NCBI GenBank assembly: GCA_030324005.1
Contig: JARDVH010000025.1
Coordinates: forward strand, 99,455,157-99,519,156
DNA: 64,000 nt
Origin: Negaprion brevirostris
Lineage: Eukaryota
Reading direction: 5' to 3'
Below are positions 1 through 12,069 of this stretch, piece after piece. A model generated the notes under the pieces. That model ran no database searches, had not been told where the DNA came from, and worked only from the letters and a program-made list of their open reading frames with translations. The position numbers and the translations under genes are program-made. How positions within the stretch are numbered: position 1 is the first letter of the stretch; each line of letters starts with the position of its first letter.

Positions 1-90
1 ATAATGATGGACGTCAGAGCCACCGACTGCTGGGTTTTTCTCAGGTATTGAGATGATTGTTGTCTTCTTAAAGAAGGTGACCATCGTCCA
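1..90 (-). mobile_element. Rex1/Babar-type LINE reverse transcriptase fragment (decayed)
   Basis: The minus strand reads ..FKKTTIISIPEK.. then, after a frameshift, ..VALTSII... This matches the Rex1/Babar RT motifs FKxTTIIPVPKK and YRPVALTSIIMK. It runs off the window edge. Confidence 0.7.
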
Positions 91-296
91 GAGGGTTTCT
101 CAATCCATCGATTTGACAGATAAAGTCCAATGTCTCAGAGAGGACCTGTCAAAGAAAATTCAATGTATCTATTTCAGTTCCACCAATAAGTTGACTGTGT
201 GTTCTCAGCTCATCAAGTAGACAAAGAGATGGAAGGTTGTTCATCCATTGTTAGCTCAATCGTTCGGTTCCAGCATATTCAACCAACCATGGTTTC

Positions 297-1700
297 TAGC
301 ACAGTGGTAATGTTATTGGAATGGCAGTCCAGAGACCTGGACTAATGCGCTGGATATGTGGATTTAAATCACAATGTGGCAACAGGGGGAATTTAAATTC
401 AATTAATAAATCTGAAATTAAAAAGCTAATCTTGTTAATATTTACCATGAAACTAAAGTGCTGTCATAAAAATCCATCTGGTTCACTATTACCATTCAAG
501 GAGGAAATCTGCCATCCTTTCTCAGCATGACTTTAGACCCAGAGCAGTGCAGTTGACCTTTAACTGTCTTCTGAAATGACCCAGCAAGCCACTCAGCTGT
601 ATTGGCCAAACTGCAGAAAAGCTGAATAAAAATAATGTCAGATGGGCCACTCAGCATTGACCTAGGGACCAGGGATGGCAAAGGTTTGCAGCTCAGTCAA
701 GCATACAAAGCCCTCCTTAATAACATATGGGGCTTGTGCAAAGATTGAGTGAGCTGTCCCACAGACTGGTCAGGTAACAGCCTCACATAATCATAATCGT
801 TGAATAATACATTATAGCCAAAGTCCAAGATTTCTCCATTGTCTTCCCCAGATATGTTGTGACTCATTGATAGACTAGACCAACCAAAGGTGTTGGCACA
901 GTACAATCAGGAGGGCATGAACCTGGGAGTCCTCAACATGGGCTGGAATTTTCCAGCCACTCCCCTCGGCAGCAAACCTTGCCAAGAGTTTCCCAGAGGC
1001 AGCGGGTGCATACAACAGGAAACCCCATTGGCCAGGACATCCTGCCACTGGCCAATGACAGGCCGCCTCTGCTGCCACAAAACCCAAGGCTGAAGTGCGG
1101 AGAAACCCACCCATTGACTTTGGACACTTTCTGTGGCGTCATTTCAAAAGGCTAAAGAAACCTCCTGCTGATAATCACCTCCTGCCCTCTCTCAGCCAAT
1201 TCATCAAAGTTCCTCCATGTTGAATGCCACTCGGAAGAACCGCTGAGGGTAATTAGAGTACAGAATGTAATCTGTGTTCAATGCTCAATGCCAAGGATGG
1301 GAAATCAGGAGAAACTCTCCACTGGTTCGTTTCTGAAAACCACAACATTATGGTTCCAATGATCTCAACCCCAGGACCACACTGCAGGGCAGTATCCTTG
1401 TCTCAGCTGCTTCATCACTGACCTTCCGTCCCTCATTATATCAAATATGTGGACATTTGCTGACGATTCCATTGTGCTCAGTGCCTGTCAAGACATCTTA
1501 AAAACTCAAGCAACCTTTGCCTGCCTGCAGCAAGGCATGGGCAATATTCAAGCTTGGGCTGATGAGTGACAAGGATCTTCATGCCACACAAGTGTGTGAC
1601 AAAGACCATCTCTGTCCAGAGAAAGTCTCACCATCTCCCCTTGACATTCAATTGCATTGTAATCACTGAATCTCCCAGTATCATTACCTTGACTCCATTA
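297..1700 (+). mobile_element. Decayed CR1/L2-group LINE with SINE-like 5' head, endonuclease remnant, internal deletion and RT remnant
   Basis: 297-600 is a tRNA-type head with a CTGGTTCACTA..GGAAATCTGCC core. About 710-1260 is degenerate APE endonuclease (NIWGL..ELSHRLV.., NLLLI..LHVECHSEEPLRV). About 1300-1700 is an RT remnant (SCFITDLPS..FADD, from TTTGCTGACGAT). It is homologous to the copy at 61050-62970. Confidence 0.8.
940..1111. mobile_element. MITE inserted in the LINE endonuclease region
   Basis: Imperfect TIRs GGGCTGGAATTTTCC...GGAGAAACCCACCC. Removing the insert restores the LINE sequence CTCAACATTGAC. Confidence 0.7.
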
Positions 1701-4299
1701 TCATGTCCAAAATTTCATTCCATATTTTGATCAGTGTGGGTGAAAAGAATTTACTAACATCAGTCCAACACTCCATTATTATCATTCTTTAGCAAATGTT
1801 TGGTGCATAATAACTCATTCATGAGTTGAAATATGAGGGAAGCATAGAGCTACAATGCCATATTCTAAAATAAGAATCTTGTTCTGGAGAATACTGTTGA
1901 AATTCCAATTTAAACTGATAACACTTTGGTGAATACATGATAGCCAGGGAAGAATAATTCTTGCTTTAGCTAATATATGTGCATGCCTCCTTTATCTGGT
2001 TCAATACAGATTCCATTTGTACAGCACCCTAGCCAATTTCTCTCACTGCTCCTTGCCACGGTTGCATGTTGCTGGAATGTAATGAGTTCTAAATTCATGC
2101 AGATGGATCACAAGCAGAATATATCTTGTAATCTCTTTCTTGTGTGCAAGGTACCAAGGAAACTGAGTTTTGAGATCCAGGATGCATACTTGAGAAGTTG
2201 AGTAAGAACTAGTTCATTTTTGGAAGCAACTGCATTATGGGTAACCAGATGAATGGAATGTAATTGATTTCAATTCATTTCAGTTCATCTCCAGTGATTA
2301 AGTCATAAAGGTGGAGCTTTCCTGAAAGGAGGTCATGCCCCCTTTAAGGAAAGCCTGTCTGGAGTAGCTGACCGGGAATTATCACACTTGGGATGGAAAT
2401 CGCTGATTGTTCAGCTCTGTCATGATCTGTTGATCTTTATTAATTCATTTCCCCCCTTGGTGTACTAAGCTTTCCTTTCCTGGTCATCTAAAAAGTACAA
2501 CAATGTGGAATGAACATGATTGTAAAATTTCAGATTGTCTTTGGGCATTGTACTTTCAGCAAATAAGATACATTTCTTACTCGCACACGTGGTTATAACA
2601 ATTTCCAGGTTGAAGATTAGCTGATTTAAGTAGAAAACTAATGTTGGCACAAAATATGAAATTGCTCAGTATGATCTTTAACATTTGTTCGAGTTGTATT
2701 CAAGATATTCATTTATTTTTCACCAATTATCTTCCATTCCTTTGCTGAAGACCTGCCCCCAGAATAGCATCCAAAAAACAGTCAATTGCTAAGAAAAAGC
2801 AGGTTTTATTTCTTGCTCCTGAACATTGCTGCACGTGAACTTCCTTTGTAGCTTTTTTGCTATCTGAATCAAACATGCAAATAAATATCAGAGACATCTG
2901 CACTCAAGCTTTGTCGAACAACACCAAATAAAATTGAAGGAAAACATATGCCCAGAAAATCCCACTGTTAATGATTGCAAATCTGAAACACTCTCACCTA
3001 AAACAAAATTAAAACATGATCAAGATCAGTCAAGCAAAACTTTCAAATTTGTCTATGATAGATTTTTATGAGGCAATGATATTAAGAAATATGAAACCTA
3101 GGTGATTAGATGGAATTAAGATCCAAGTCAGCCATGATTCTAATTATACAGCAGAGTAGGCTCGAGGGCCTGAAGGAGTCCAAGTTCACAGGGTTGCCTT
3201 GCAGGAAATGGACCATAGTGCACAACTAGTAACATTGAAACAGCCACCTGTCTGCAGCTTTTTAGTTTTTATTATGGAAGCTAATTCATAATCAGGAGGG
3301 AGATATGACGGATGGCCAGCGCAACATGCCCACTTTTCACCATCACCAAAGTTGTAGTGACTTCCTGCCTCTCCAGGAAAAGTCTTTTGGAATAACAAAT
3401 GATTTTGCTGATTCGAGGCTAAGTTTTGAATGATGCTATTTCTTTCCAATTGATGACGGAGACTGTGTTCAGTACTGTTCTGCTTGCCATTTTGGAGTGC
3501 AGCTTGTTTGGAGGCTGACAAGAGAAGACTACGACAGGATGCAACCCAAACTCTGGCGATTTTTGCCTGGCTCTTTTCTGAGTTACAAAAAAATGGTTTT
3601 GCAAAGGCCAAGTGTAAAACCCCATTCCCTTTTGATTTATTGGTGACCTAGTTCAGACCATGCAGATTAGAAAGACAGGTCGCACATGCACCCTGCTCCA
3701 ACCCCCTGCTGCTTAGCACTACAATAACAATCTCCAAAGTAAACTGTAAAAGGATCCAGACATTGAATAGCACTGCAATGGAACCGCAGCACACTCCTTT
3801 TGCAAGAGGTGAAACTTGAAATAATATAATCAGACCAATGTAATACACAGCTTCTGACACATACATTAATTAAAATTACTAGCCTTCATTAGAAATGGGT
3901 TATAGTTGTGCCTGACTTGCTGCTTAAGAATAACATTCTGCCTCTTGAGTGGGGCTTTAACTGTGTCTGGCTGTTTAAAAGTCCAGCATGCACCCAATGT
4001 TTCTTCCTGGATGTGTGGATACCTAAGGTCAAACATGTACTGCGTAACCGCTCCTTCAATTAAATTGGACCTGAAACTTATTTTGGTCATGCTACTCCCG
4101 GCACTGAGAGAGCAGATTGTGGCTCACTCACTAAATGCTCCCAAAAAGCATTGGGAAAATAACTTGACTGGCTATTGTTGGAGTGCAGTTCCTCAGGTTC
4201 TGCAGTCCCCCAGTACCTCATGGAGCCATTCATTAAATTCAAGCCTCAGTAGTGGATGTATAATTGAATGTATAGCACAAAAACAGTCCATGAAGCATT

Positions 4300-4550
4300 T
4301 ACCCCACATGAACCTCTTCCCATCCTTCCTAATCTATCAGCAAAACCCTCTTCCCTCATCTGGTTATTCGTTCTCTTCATTAAATGCACCAATATTATTT
4401 GCCTCAACCACTCCGAGTGGTAGCAAATTCTATTTTTCATTGCTCTCAGGAAGAAGGTTTCTTTTCTAAATTCCCTATTTGATTTATTGATTTACATTCC
4501 ATTTTGATGGCCTTTCATATTGCTCTTCCTCACAAGTAGAAAAACTCTCA
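4300..4550 (-). mobile_element. Old CR1-type LINE 3' fragment
   Basis: GCCTCAACCACTCC..GGTAGCAAATTC motif, similar to the other CR1 3' ends in this window (e.g. 51025-51485). Confidence 0.55.
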
Positions 4551-5370
4551 TGGGCAGAATTTACTTCTTTTTGGCTTGTGTGTCAACTCAGGCAAGAAAA
4601 GCAGTGTGTAGCCCACTGGCTGCACTGCTAGCTTTTTTCCACCATATTTATTGACAGTCAAAAGAAATCCTGGAGGTGGGTGTCATGTCACGCTGGCGGA
4701 CTGGTCTCATTCACAGTCTGATCTCATTCGCAGTTTGCNNNNNNNNNNNNNNNNNNNNNNNNNNNNNNNNNNNNNNNNNNNNNNNNNNNNNNNNNNNNNN
4801 NNNNNNNNNNNNNNNNNNNNNNNNNNNNNNNNNNNNNNNNNNNNNNNNNNNNNNNNNNNNNNNNNNNNNNNNNNNNNNNNNNNNNNNNNNNNNNNNNNNN
4901 NNNNNNNNNNNNNNNNNNNNNNNNNNNNNNNNNNNNNNNNNNNNNNNNNNNNNNNNNNNNNNNNNNNNNNNNNNNNNNNNNNNNNNNNNNNNNNNNNNNN
5001 NNNNNNNNNNNNNNNNNNNNNNNNNNNNNNNNNNNNNNNNNNNNNNNNNNNNNNNNNNNNNNNNNNNNNNNNNNNNNNNNNNNNNNNNNNNNNNNNNNNN
5101 NNNNNNNNNNNNNNNNNNNNNNNNNNNNNNNNNNNNNNNNNNNNNNTGATCTCATTCGCAGTTTGCTCTGCCTGCAACCTCAGGAAAGGATGCACCAAAC
5201 TGAAAAAAATAAGAGTAAAGAAAGAATTCATCCTCTCTCATGGACACAGTCCTCTCTTCTCTCCCTAACCCCGAGACACAAAACATCCCCTATTCCCACT
5301 CCAAACCTCCCTTTATTTAGTTGTACTTATCTGTGTGTTCCCAGTAGGTGCTCTCTGCCAGGTACTCATT

Positions 5371-5440
5371 AGTAAGAAGTCTGACATTGTCAGACTTCTT
5401 ACTGTGTTTACCCCAGTCCAATGCTGGCATCTCCACATCA
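5371..5440 (+). mobile_element. Minimal fold-back Penelope-type terminal fragment with target duplication
   Basis: Inverted repeat AGTAAGAAGTCTGACA-T-TGTCAGACTTCTTACT (5371-5403), then the family end ..GGCATCTCCACATCA. Flanked by CAGGTACTCATTAGT (5359-5373) and CAGGTCCTCATTAGT (5441-5455). Confidence 0.75.
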
Positions 5441-5637
5441 CAGGTCCTCATTAGTCCAGGCATCTTGTAATTCTCACTGATATGATATCACGTTAGCTGG
5501 GGATGGAGGGTAACTTTCTCACTTGGGGGTGATGCAGCAGGGAGATCCACTGATGACATTTTAATGTACGATACGGGTTTCCCGAACTTGAATGTGTGAA
5601 CCTCCCTTATGTCATTGTCTGGGGTGGGAACTATCTT

Positions 5638-5738
5638 AGCCAGAATTCCCGCTGGCACAAATGCCATTTTGGGACTCGCATTCTCCGGCTCCTCCAGCAT
5701 TCCTGCCTGCCAAGAACAAGGGCAGAAAATCCCACCGA
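5638..5738. mobile_element. MITE (GGG..GAATT TIR family)
   Basis: Ends GCCAGAATTCCC...GAAAATCCCACC resemble the TIRs of the copies at 940, 40197, 48337 and 55316. Confidence 0.5.
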
Positions 5739-7829
5739 TTTGTTTATTTTCACAAATCCTTGTATCATTTTAAAGATCTCTGTTAGATCAGTCCTTAGTC
5801 TTTTGGTTTCAAGGGAAAACACACCGAGCCTGTTCCATCATTTCCTGATCAGAGAAGCATTGCATTTCCGGTACAAAAATTGATTTTTTTTTTACTCCAA
5901 AACCTAAATAGTGCTGAGATCTTGTGAGACAAACTTTCCATCTACCGCTACTCTGAATGGCACCTTTTGGAAACGTAACTAATTACATGTACAATCGAAT
6001 ATTGATAGATTGACTGATTTTGGAGGGGATTGAGTCAAATATGTCCTTTGTTGATAGGGGCAAGTGCCCACCAGTTAGCAGTCAGGACTAAGAGCCATAG
6101 CTACCCCATCCCCACCCCCAACTCACTTCGCTTAACCAAGGGGAAAAGCCAGTTGTAATATTCTTCGTGCTTGAACAGGTTTGGTAAATTCATCTGCTGT
6201 CACATAGTTATGGCTCATGTTACTTAGCAGGGGTACCAAATGTCACCTTGGATTCATATCCCAATATCGGAGTTAACAAAAGAGGGAAGAAAGTTATGCA
6301 GTAAACAGTGGTATGTTGGGGAAAAATATAATTATAAGGTCACTGAAACCTTTAAGATTAGATCATGCCATCCTGGAGGTAACCCATTAAACCTTTAAGA
6401 AATGTATCATTCATGTCTAGAATATTGGTTTTTTGCCTGCTCCTCAGCAGCTCAAAGGAGCAGAAGATTTGAATGACCTGAATGAAGATTTCTCAATGTG
6501 TTCTCGCCATGCACTGCAGTAAATGACCAGCAAGCATGCTTGACACAAAAGGTCTTCTGACAAAAGAGTTGGAAGCTGTTCTGCTGCTATTAACTCACAA
6601 ACAGCAGGACCTCTTTGTGTTTTTACACTGAAGGTGAACAGATCTATGACTAAAACTGTGCTACTGTGCACGAACATAAAGTACTGGGAATGATTATGGA
6701 TTTAATGAGGGTATCCTATTCCAATGTCAGTCTCCTTTCCCAAGAGGGGGCAGTGGGGAATAAGGTATGCTGTGTATTATTAATGTCAATATTAAAGTAT
6801 TGAATGTGGTGTTAGAATCCCTGTTATTTTGTCCAGTGACAATTAACAGCTGATTTTACATAATTGCCACATCAAATGTGCAGATTAATGTTTATATACA
6901 TTTATGCTACTCCACTCACCTTGTGATCAGTCAAGGAAATATGGTGTGGAAGTGAGGCAAACAGTGACAAAGGTCTCTGATTTAGTTTCCAGATCGTTGC
7001 TGAGACAACTGGGGCCAGGCTTCCACCTGGAAATGGCAGAAGGAACAGGTATAGGGGCAATCCAAAAATCAGATTAGCTATTCTTGAAGGGTAGCACTGG
7101 ATCTAGGCCACAGGAGAAGCTTGCACACCCATGGATTGTGTCATTGACTATTATAAGCCCAAGACAAATTTGTGAGAACTTGTCCTTTTTTTAAAAACAT
7201 TGTAATTTTTTGAAAGATCTTCAAGACTGATTGATTAGTAGCTGGTGAGTTCCAAACTAATTCTGCTGAAGCCAGTTCAAATTGATATTTTTCTGCATCA
7301 AGTGCACCTTTGCTGGAATGGTGCATTTGTGAACAGACATCCTTGTCCTTGTTATCGTATGTGTGGCTACAATTGATGTATCGTTTCAAATTTGATGGGG
7401 TTGGGGTGAGGAGGGAACTGGGGAGTATTGGGGGTTGAGGGGTGCAGGAGGAGAGAAGGGGGTGATGGGCGTGGAGTGAATAATAATCCACTGGTTGCCA
7501 TCTGCTGAGCAGTAAGCTCGAAAAGGAACTTGTTTCAAGCGTGTGTGGTCAGAAACAAGATTTTCAGTCTTTATCTTTGCAAGCCCAAAGAGTCGGTGCA
7601 CATTTATGTGCAGCTATTGGCGGGAACATTTGAAATTTAATTTTTGTTCATTAAAATAGAAATTTGATGAGTCAGCCGACACCAGATTGTGAACTGTACT
7701 TGAAGTTTGAATGCTTATTTCCTTCAGTTTTCAGCTCCTGATCTCCTCAGGAGCTGGATGCTCAAGTAAGAACAGCAGTGACAGCTCCCGTCATGGCTGC
7801 CAGCTGCTGAAGACATTCGGGCAGCTCCT

Positions 7830-8040
7830 GCAGCCCTCACTGGGCATTGAGCTCACCCACTAGCCAATTCTCCTTTTTCTTGCGTTTGCTGCCCCAAGGT
7901 GGATCTAACCCACAGCACCACAATCTCTGCCATATGGTAGGGAATGGTGACAGGTCCTGAATTCTTTCAATCAGAATGGGGATCGAACCCCATACTGTGA
8001 GCACCAACCTGACCAGGGATTCAGCCAATTGAGCCAACAC
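7830..8040 (-). mobile_element. tRNA-derived SINE
   Basis: Minus-strand A box TTGGCTCAATTGG and B box GGTTCGATCCC. The head is related to 12070-12270. Confidence 0.65.
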
Positions 8041-9124
8041 GGTCCCCAACCGGAGGAGTCCGAGTTGTGATTTCAGAAGCACTTTTCCCTACGTATTGTT
8101 ATCTGGAGCAATGAATAGTGATGATAGATCCCATTTTCTTTCTATCACATGGCTGACCAGGAATCTATCCCGCTCTTAATGCCTGCCATTGGAATATTTT
8201 GGTAAGATTTTCAGCTTTTTCATCAACCTGATTTGGCCACGCTGTGAATATTCCTGTCTTAGCCATCAAATGCTGGAGTTGGAGTTGGACTTGAACTTGG
8301 AGCTTCTGGGTCCAAGGCGGGGACGATAATCACTGTACCACACAACCTCCTCCTGGCTAATGAGACTAGTTAAGTTTTGAAATGGTGTCACAATAGTAGC
8401 ACAGCTTGGGCGCAGGATTCGGAGATGGATTTCAAGTAGGTGTTGAGTTTCTGAGCCCATTTTGAAAATTTGGCCCAGTAATGTAATGGTTAGGTTTGTA
8501 TTAAGATTTTATATTTCTAACCTGGGGAGGAATCGCTGCCCAGTTACTGCAGCTGGAAAGTTCCTTTCAGATGTCTGATGAGCACAGGAATGGTTATTGG
8601 TTATCACCTTTATAGTCAATAAGGTGCTAGATTCTGGTGTCAAATGAGCACAGCTGCAGCACACACACAGTCAAACTGCAGTTTTAATCAGAAGAGAAAT
8701 AGAAAACAGAAGTACCCCAGATACTGTTCAATACAAAAAAAATCTACAAAATCCTAATTTTCTTGAAACAGCAGCTACATTTAAGATCCAAGACCTTCCG
8801 GCAATGGACAGAAACGGCAGCCAGTAGGGGAAAAAAAACTTGCTTCTCCTTTCTTTCTATTTCAATTCAGGTCTGTAAATTAGTGATACTAAAGGAAACA
8901 TATTTCACAGTTTTGCAAGAATTAGGGATAAGACAGGATAGGCCATCAGTCACTGTGAGCAAAGTGGGAATGTAAGCTCGTCTGTGCTGAAAGGGAACAC
9001 CATATTCGTGAAAAGAATATTTGGCAATCCTTTCTGTTTTTTTGCAAATACAAGGTATTTGGCGATATTTTGTTGAGCTGCTCCTTGCGTCACTTGTACT
9101 TGATGGCACTGTGCGCATCTCCTA

Positions 9125-9404
9125 TCATTGTCGAAAACATTTTGATGAGGACAGTGGTTGGGTTATTTCCATGCCTTTCCTGCCCAGCCTCTCAGCTTTT
9201 TTTCTCTGCTGGCGATGCAGCTCACTACTGTTGCTTGCAGGGTCTTCCAGCCCTGCTGATTTCAATGTTTTGCATGGCTTGCTTGTCATGCTGCAAGAGA
9301 TCGAGGGGTGTGTGGGGGAGGTATCACCTTCAGCAACACTGGAAGGTCCTGCCAGCAGGAAGGGCTGGAAAGTCCCACTCAATGTTTCAGCAGTGAAATA
9401 TATT
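9125..9404 (-). other. Candidate terminal exon (unidentified)
   Basis: A minus-strand pyrimidine tract plus CAG acceptor (AG at 9406-9405) is followed by an open frame IYFTAETLSG...KCFRQ*. I do not recognise a protein family. Confidence 0.2.
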
Positions 9405-9619
9405 CTGATTTCAAAATTGAGAGAAAAGAAAATGAACATTTGTTGTAACCGACCGAAGAGGCTGAATGGAGGGGAGACAGTTAACTCCTCCCTCTCTTGG
9501 TCATAACAACAGCTGTGTGTCATGCAATTCCCTGATGTTCCGCAAGTGGTAGTGGGGTCTCAGAGATTCTACTCCAAAATCCTGGAATTTCGTCCCTTCA
9601 TCTTTCTCCATGTCCTTTT

Positions 9620-9745
9620 CCTCCTTTAAACTGCTCCTTAAAACTTATCTTTTTGACCCAACTTTTGTATGTTTTTAAAATATCTTTTATTGGCTGAATG
9701 TCAAATTTTGTCTCAAAATACTCCCATGAAGCACCTTGGGGTAGT
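9620..9745 (+). mobile_element. L2-type LINE/SINE 3' tail
   Basis: CTCCTTAAAAC..TTTGACC..GTCAAATTTT..CTCCCATGAAGCACCTTGGG is a typical L2 3' end. Confidence 0.6.
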
Positions 9746-11124
9746 TGCTGAAATGACAGATAGAATTAGAGCTTTATAATAAACAGCTAATATCTTCTAA
9801 AATTACCATTTGTTTTTAATAGTTTCATGTTGGTCCTACAATAACAATGCTAAACAACAGCATTAAGTATATATTTATTTACCAACATCTTACTACCCGT
9901 TTTAAGAAGAGTGCGTACAGGCAATTAAAAATTAGCAAGAAAAGCCTCAAGACAAAGCAGAAGAGGGTGTGCAAGGGCCCTCTATTCATCTACTAGACAA
10001 GATTTGGAAATTAAGGGATTGCATTACTTAGTTCATCTAAGTTGTCTAAGAAGCAATGCAATGTTTTTTAACTGTATAATTATCTCATGGCACAGAGACC
10101 ACACTAACCTGCATTGTAATTAGATGCATTGCCAAAAATCCTCTTATTCTGTTTATTCCATTTGTTAATGCCAATGTGTTTTCGGCACATTGTAAAAGTA
10201 CAATGTGGAGATTGATTTCACAAAGTGTGAATGTGTCATGAATATGTCATAAAATGTTGTGCTCCTTCATAGAGTATTAATGATGAATTGAATACAAAAA
10301 CAGTGCAGTGAATCCGAGTCTGTGGTCTGAATTACAAATCGTATTTCTCACAACACTCTGTGACGTGAATTGAATTTCTCATCCAGCCACGATCTCTGAC
10401 CTGAAATGTACAAACTGAAGGCATGTTGTGAAGAGCAGGAACAAGTCTAAGGTCAAGTCATTGTTCTTGTATTGAAATAATTTACGACAGAAGTCATATA
10501 GGATGCCCACCGTGCATGTCCTCCCTTTCTGTTGGGTCGAGAAGCGTATGTTATGAGACTTGTTAATTGAAGTTAAAGTTGCTTGCAAATTCATTGTGAA
10601 AATTAGATTACACAGGAACAATAAAAATCAGCAAAAATATGATGGTACTACTTCTATTAATACAACAAAAATTTGGATTAAACATTGTGAGTCTAGAAGC
10701 ATCAGGAATCTCAGTGTGAAGTGAGACACATAGCTGCTTCTAAATTACCTTGGAGCATTATCATTGACTTCTGTGCAACTGAAAAGGAAAATCAACCAGA
10801 TTTGTACTCATGACCACAAACCAGTGATAAGGCTGGAAATATTATGTGATTAGTCATGCTTAAATACAGGATTAAAACTTGCCTGTGATTACCTCCTCAC
10901 CTCCCCCCAAAAACCCCATGGAGAAGTGACCTGCCACTGCAACCTGTCTGGATTTGTAAATGCAGAATGATATTTGCTAGACAGAGAATGCCTTTAGCAT
11001 CATAGAATCACTGTCTTGGGGGGAGATAAGGAGAAAAGGAGGAGCAACTACATTTAAAAATTGTATCTTTTTTATGTTAGGATAGTGCACCACTCATGCA
11101 AGTATCTTAATCCAGCATCAGCCT

Positions 11125-11530
11125 TGGCACTGTAGTATCTTTTTTACCCAAGTGTCTGGATAGCATAGGCTGAAGCTCTGCTTGAGAGATTTAACCACAT
11201 AATCCAGACTGATATGTAAGTGAAAGGGAGCACCTTTCCTATTGGAAATGCCAATTTTTGGAGAAGTTCAGTTGAGGGCATTTTCTTCCTCCATGGGAGG
11301 AGAGGGAAGGAGAGCAAAAGGAGTTCTCCTGGTCTCTGGGGAAATACTTAACTGCCAAACAACTTCGCGAAAAGCGATTTTGTATCATTTATTTCATTTT
11401 CAGAACCTTGCTGTGTGCAAATTGACTACATTATTTCCTAAGCTGCAAAAGTGACTGCACTTCAAAATAGTATTCAATTGACTGAGAAGATGCTTTGGGA
11501 TGTCCTGATAGGTGTGAGGTAAATGCAAGT
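11125..11530 (+). mobile_element. Deu-domain SINE (SacSINE1/AmnSINE1-like) with L2 tail
   Basis: GGAGTTCTCCTGGT..CTTGCTGTGTGCAAATTG..GTGACTGCACTTCAAAA..GCTTTGGGATGTCCTGA..AAATGCAAGT matches the Deu domain plus L2 tail as I recall it. Confidence 0.7.
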
Positions 11531-12069
11531 TATTTCTTTTTATTGAAATTGTCTTTCATCCAAGTAACCAGGGCAAGGGTAGTTAAATTTTGAGGGAAGG
11601 TCAGTGAGTNNNNNNNNNNCCGGAAAGAAAAAGACCCCAAATTCACTGTGATGAACATGGCGTCAGTGTACTCCTCAGATCTCGATTCTTCTGTTAAACA
11701 TAAAGTTAAAGTAGCATCACTGTCGTTAATCCAGTCATGTGTTACCAAAGTCATTTTGGATTTGGCAGCCTGATTGGTTGGTTGTCAGCGTCCCTTTAGA
11801 ATGCTTGATCATGTTGTCAAGTTCAGATATGCACAGCTCTTCAAAAGAAAGGAATCTTTGCCTTTTCAATTGAGGGTGCAGAGTAAACCAGTTTGTTCCA
11901 AATAAAGGAACATTTGCAATTAGATTATTTTCTCTAGGATTGAGGGAGAAATGTGGTTTGAAATTTATTGATTTGATGTAAGCCTAACTGTTCATATAAA
12001 TATCCAGTTAATGACTGCAGTATACTTTTTTTTATAGATCCTGAATTTTCAGCAAGTCATGTTTTCCCT

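Noticed and set aside
3186-4469. ORFs of 141 aa (minus) and 187 aa (plus)
   Set aside because: Non-ATG starts, no recognisable domain and no convincing splice boundaries. The longer one runs into a CR1 fragment.
4651-5268. Long ORFs and the direct repeat TGATCTCATTCGCAGTTTGC on both sides of an N run
   Set aside because: The ORFs are open only because of the Ns. Duplicated gap flanks are most simply an unmerged contig overlap, although an unassembled insertion with a target duplication cannot be excluded.
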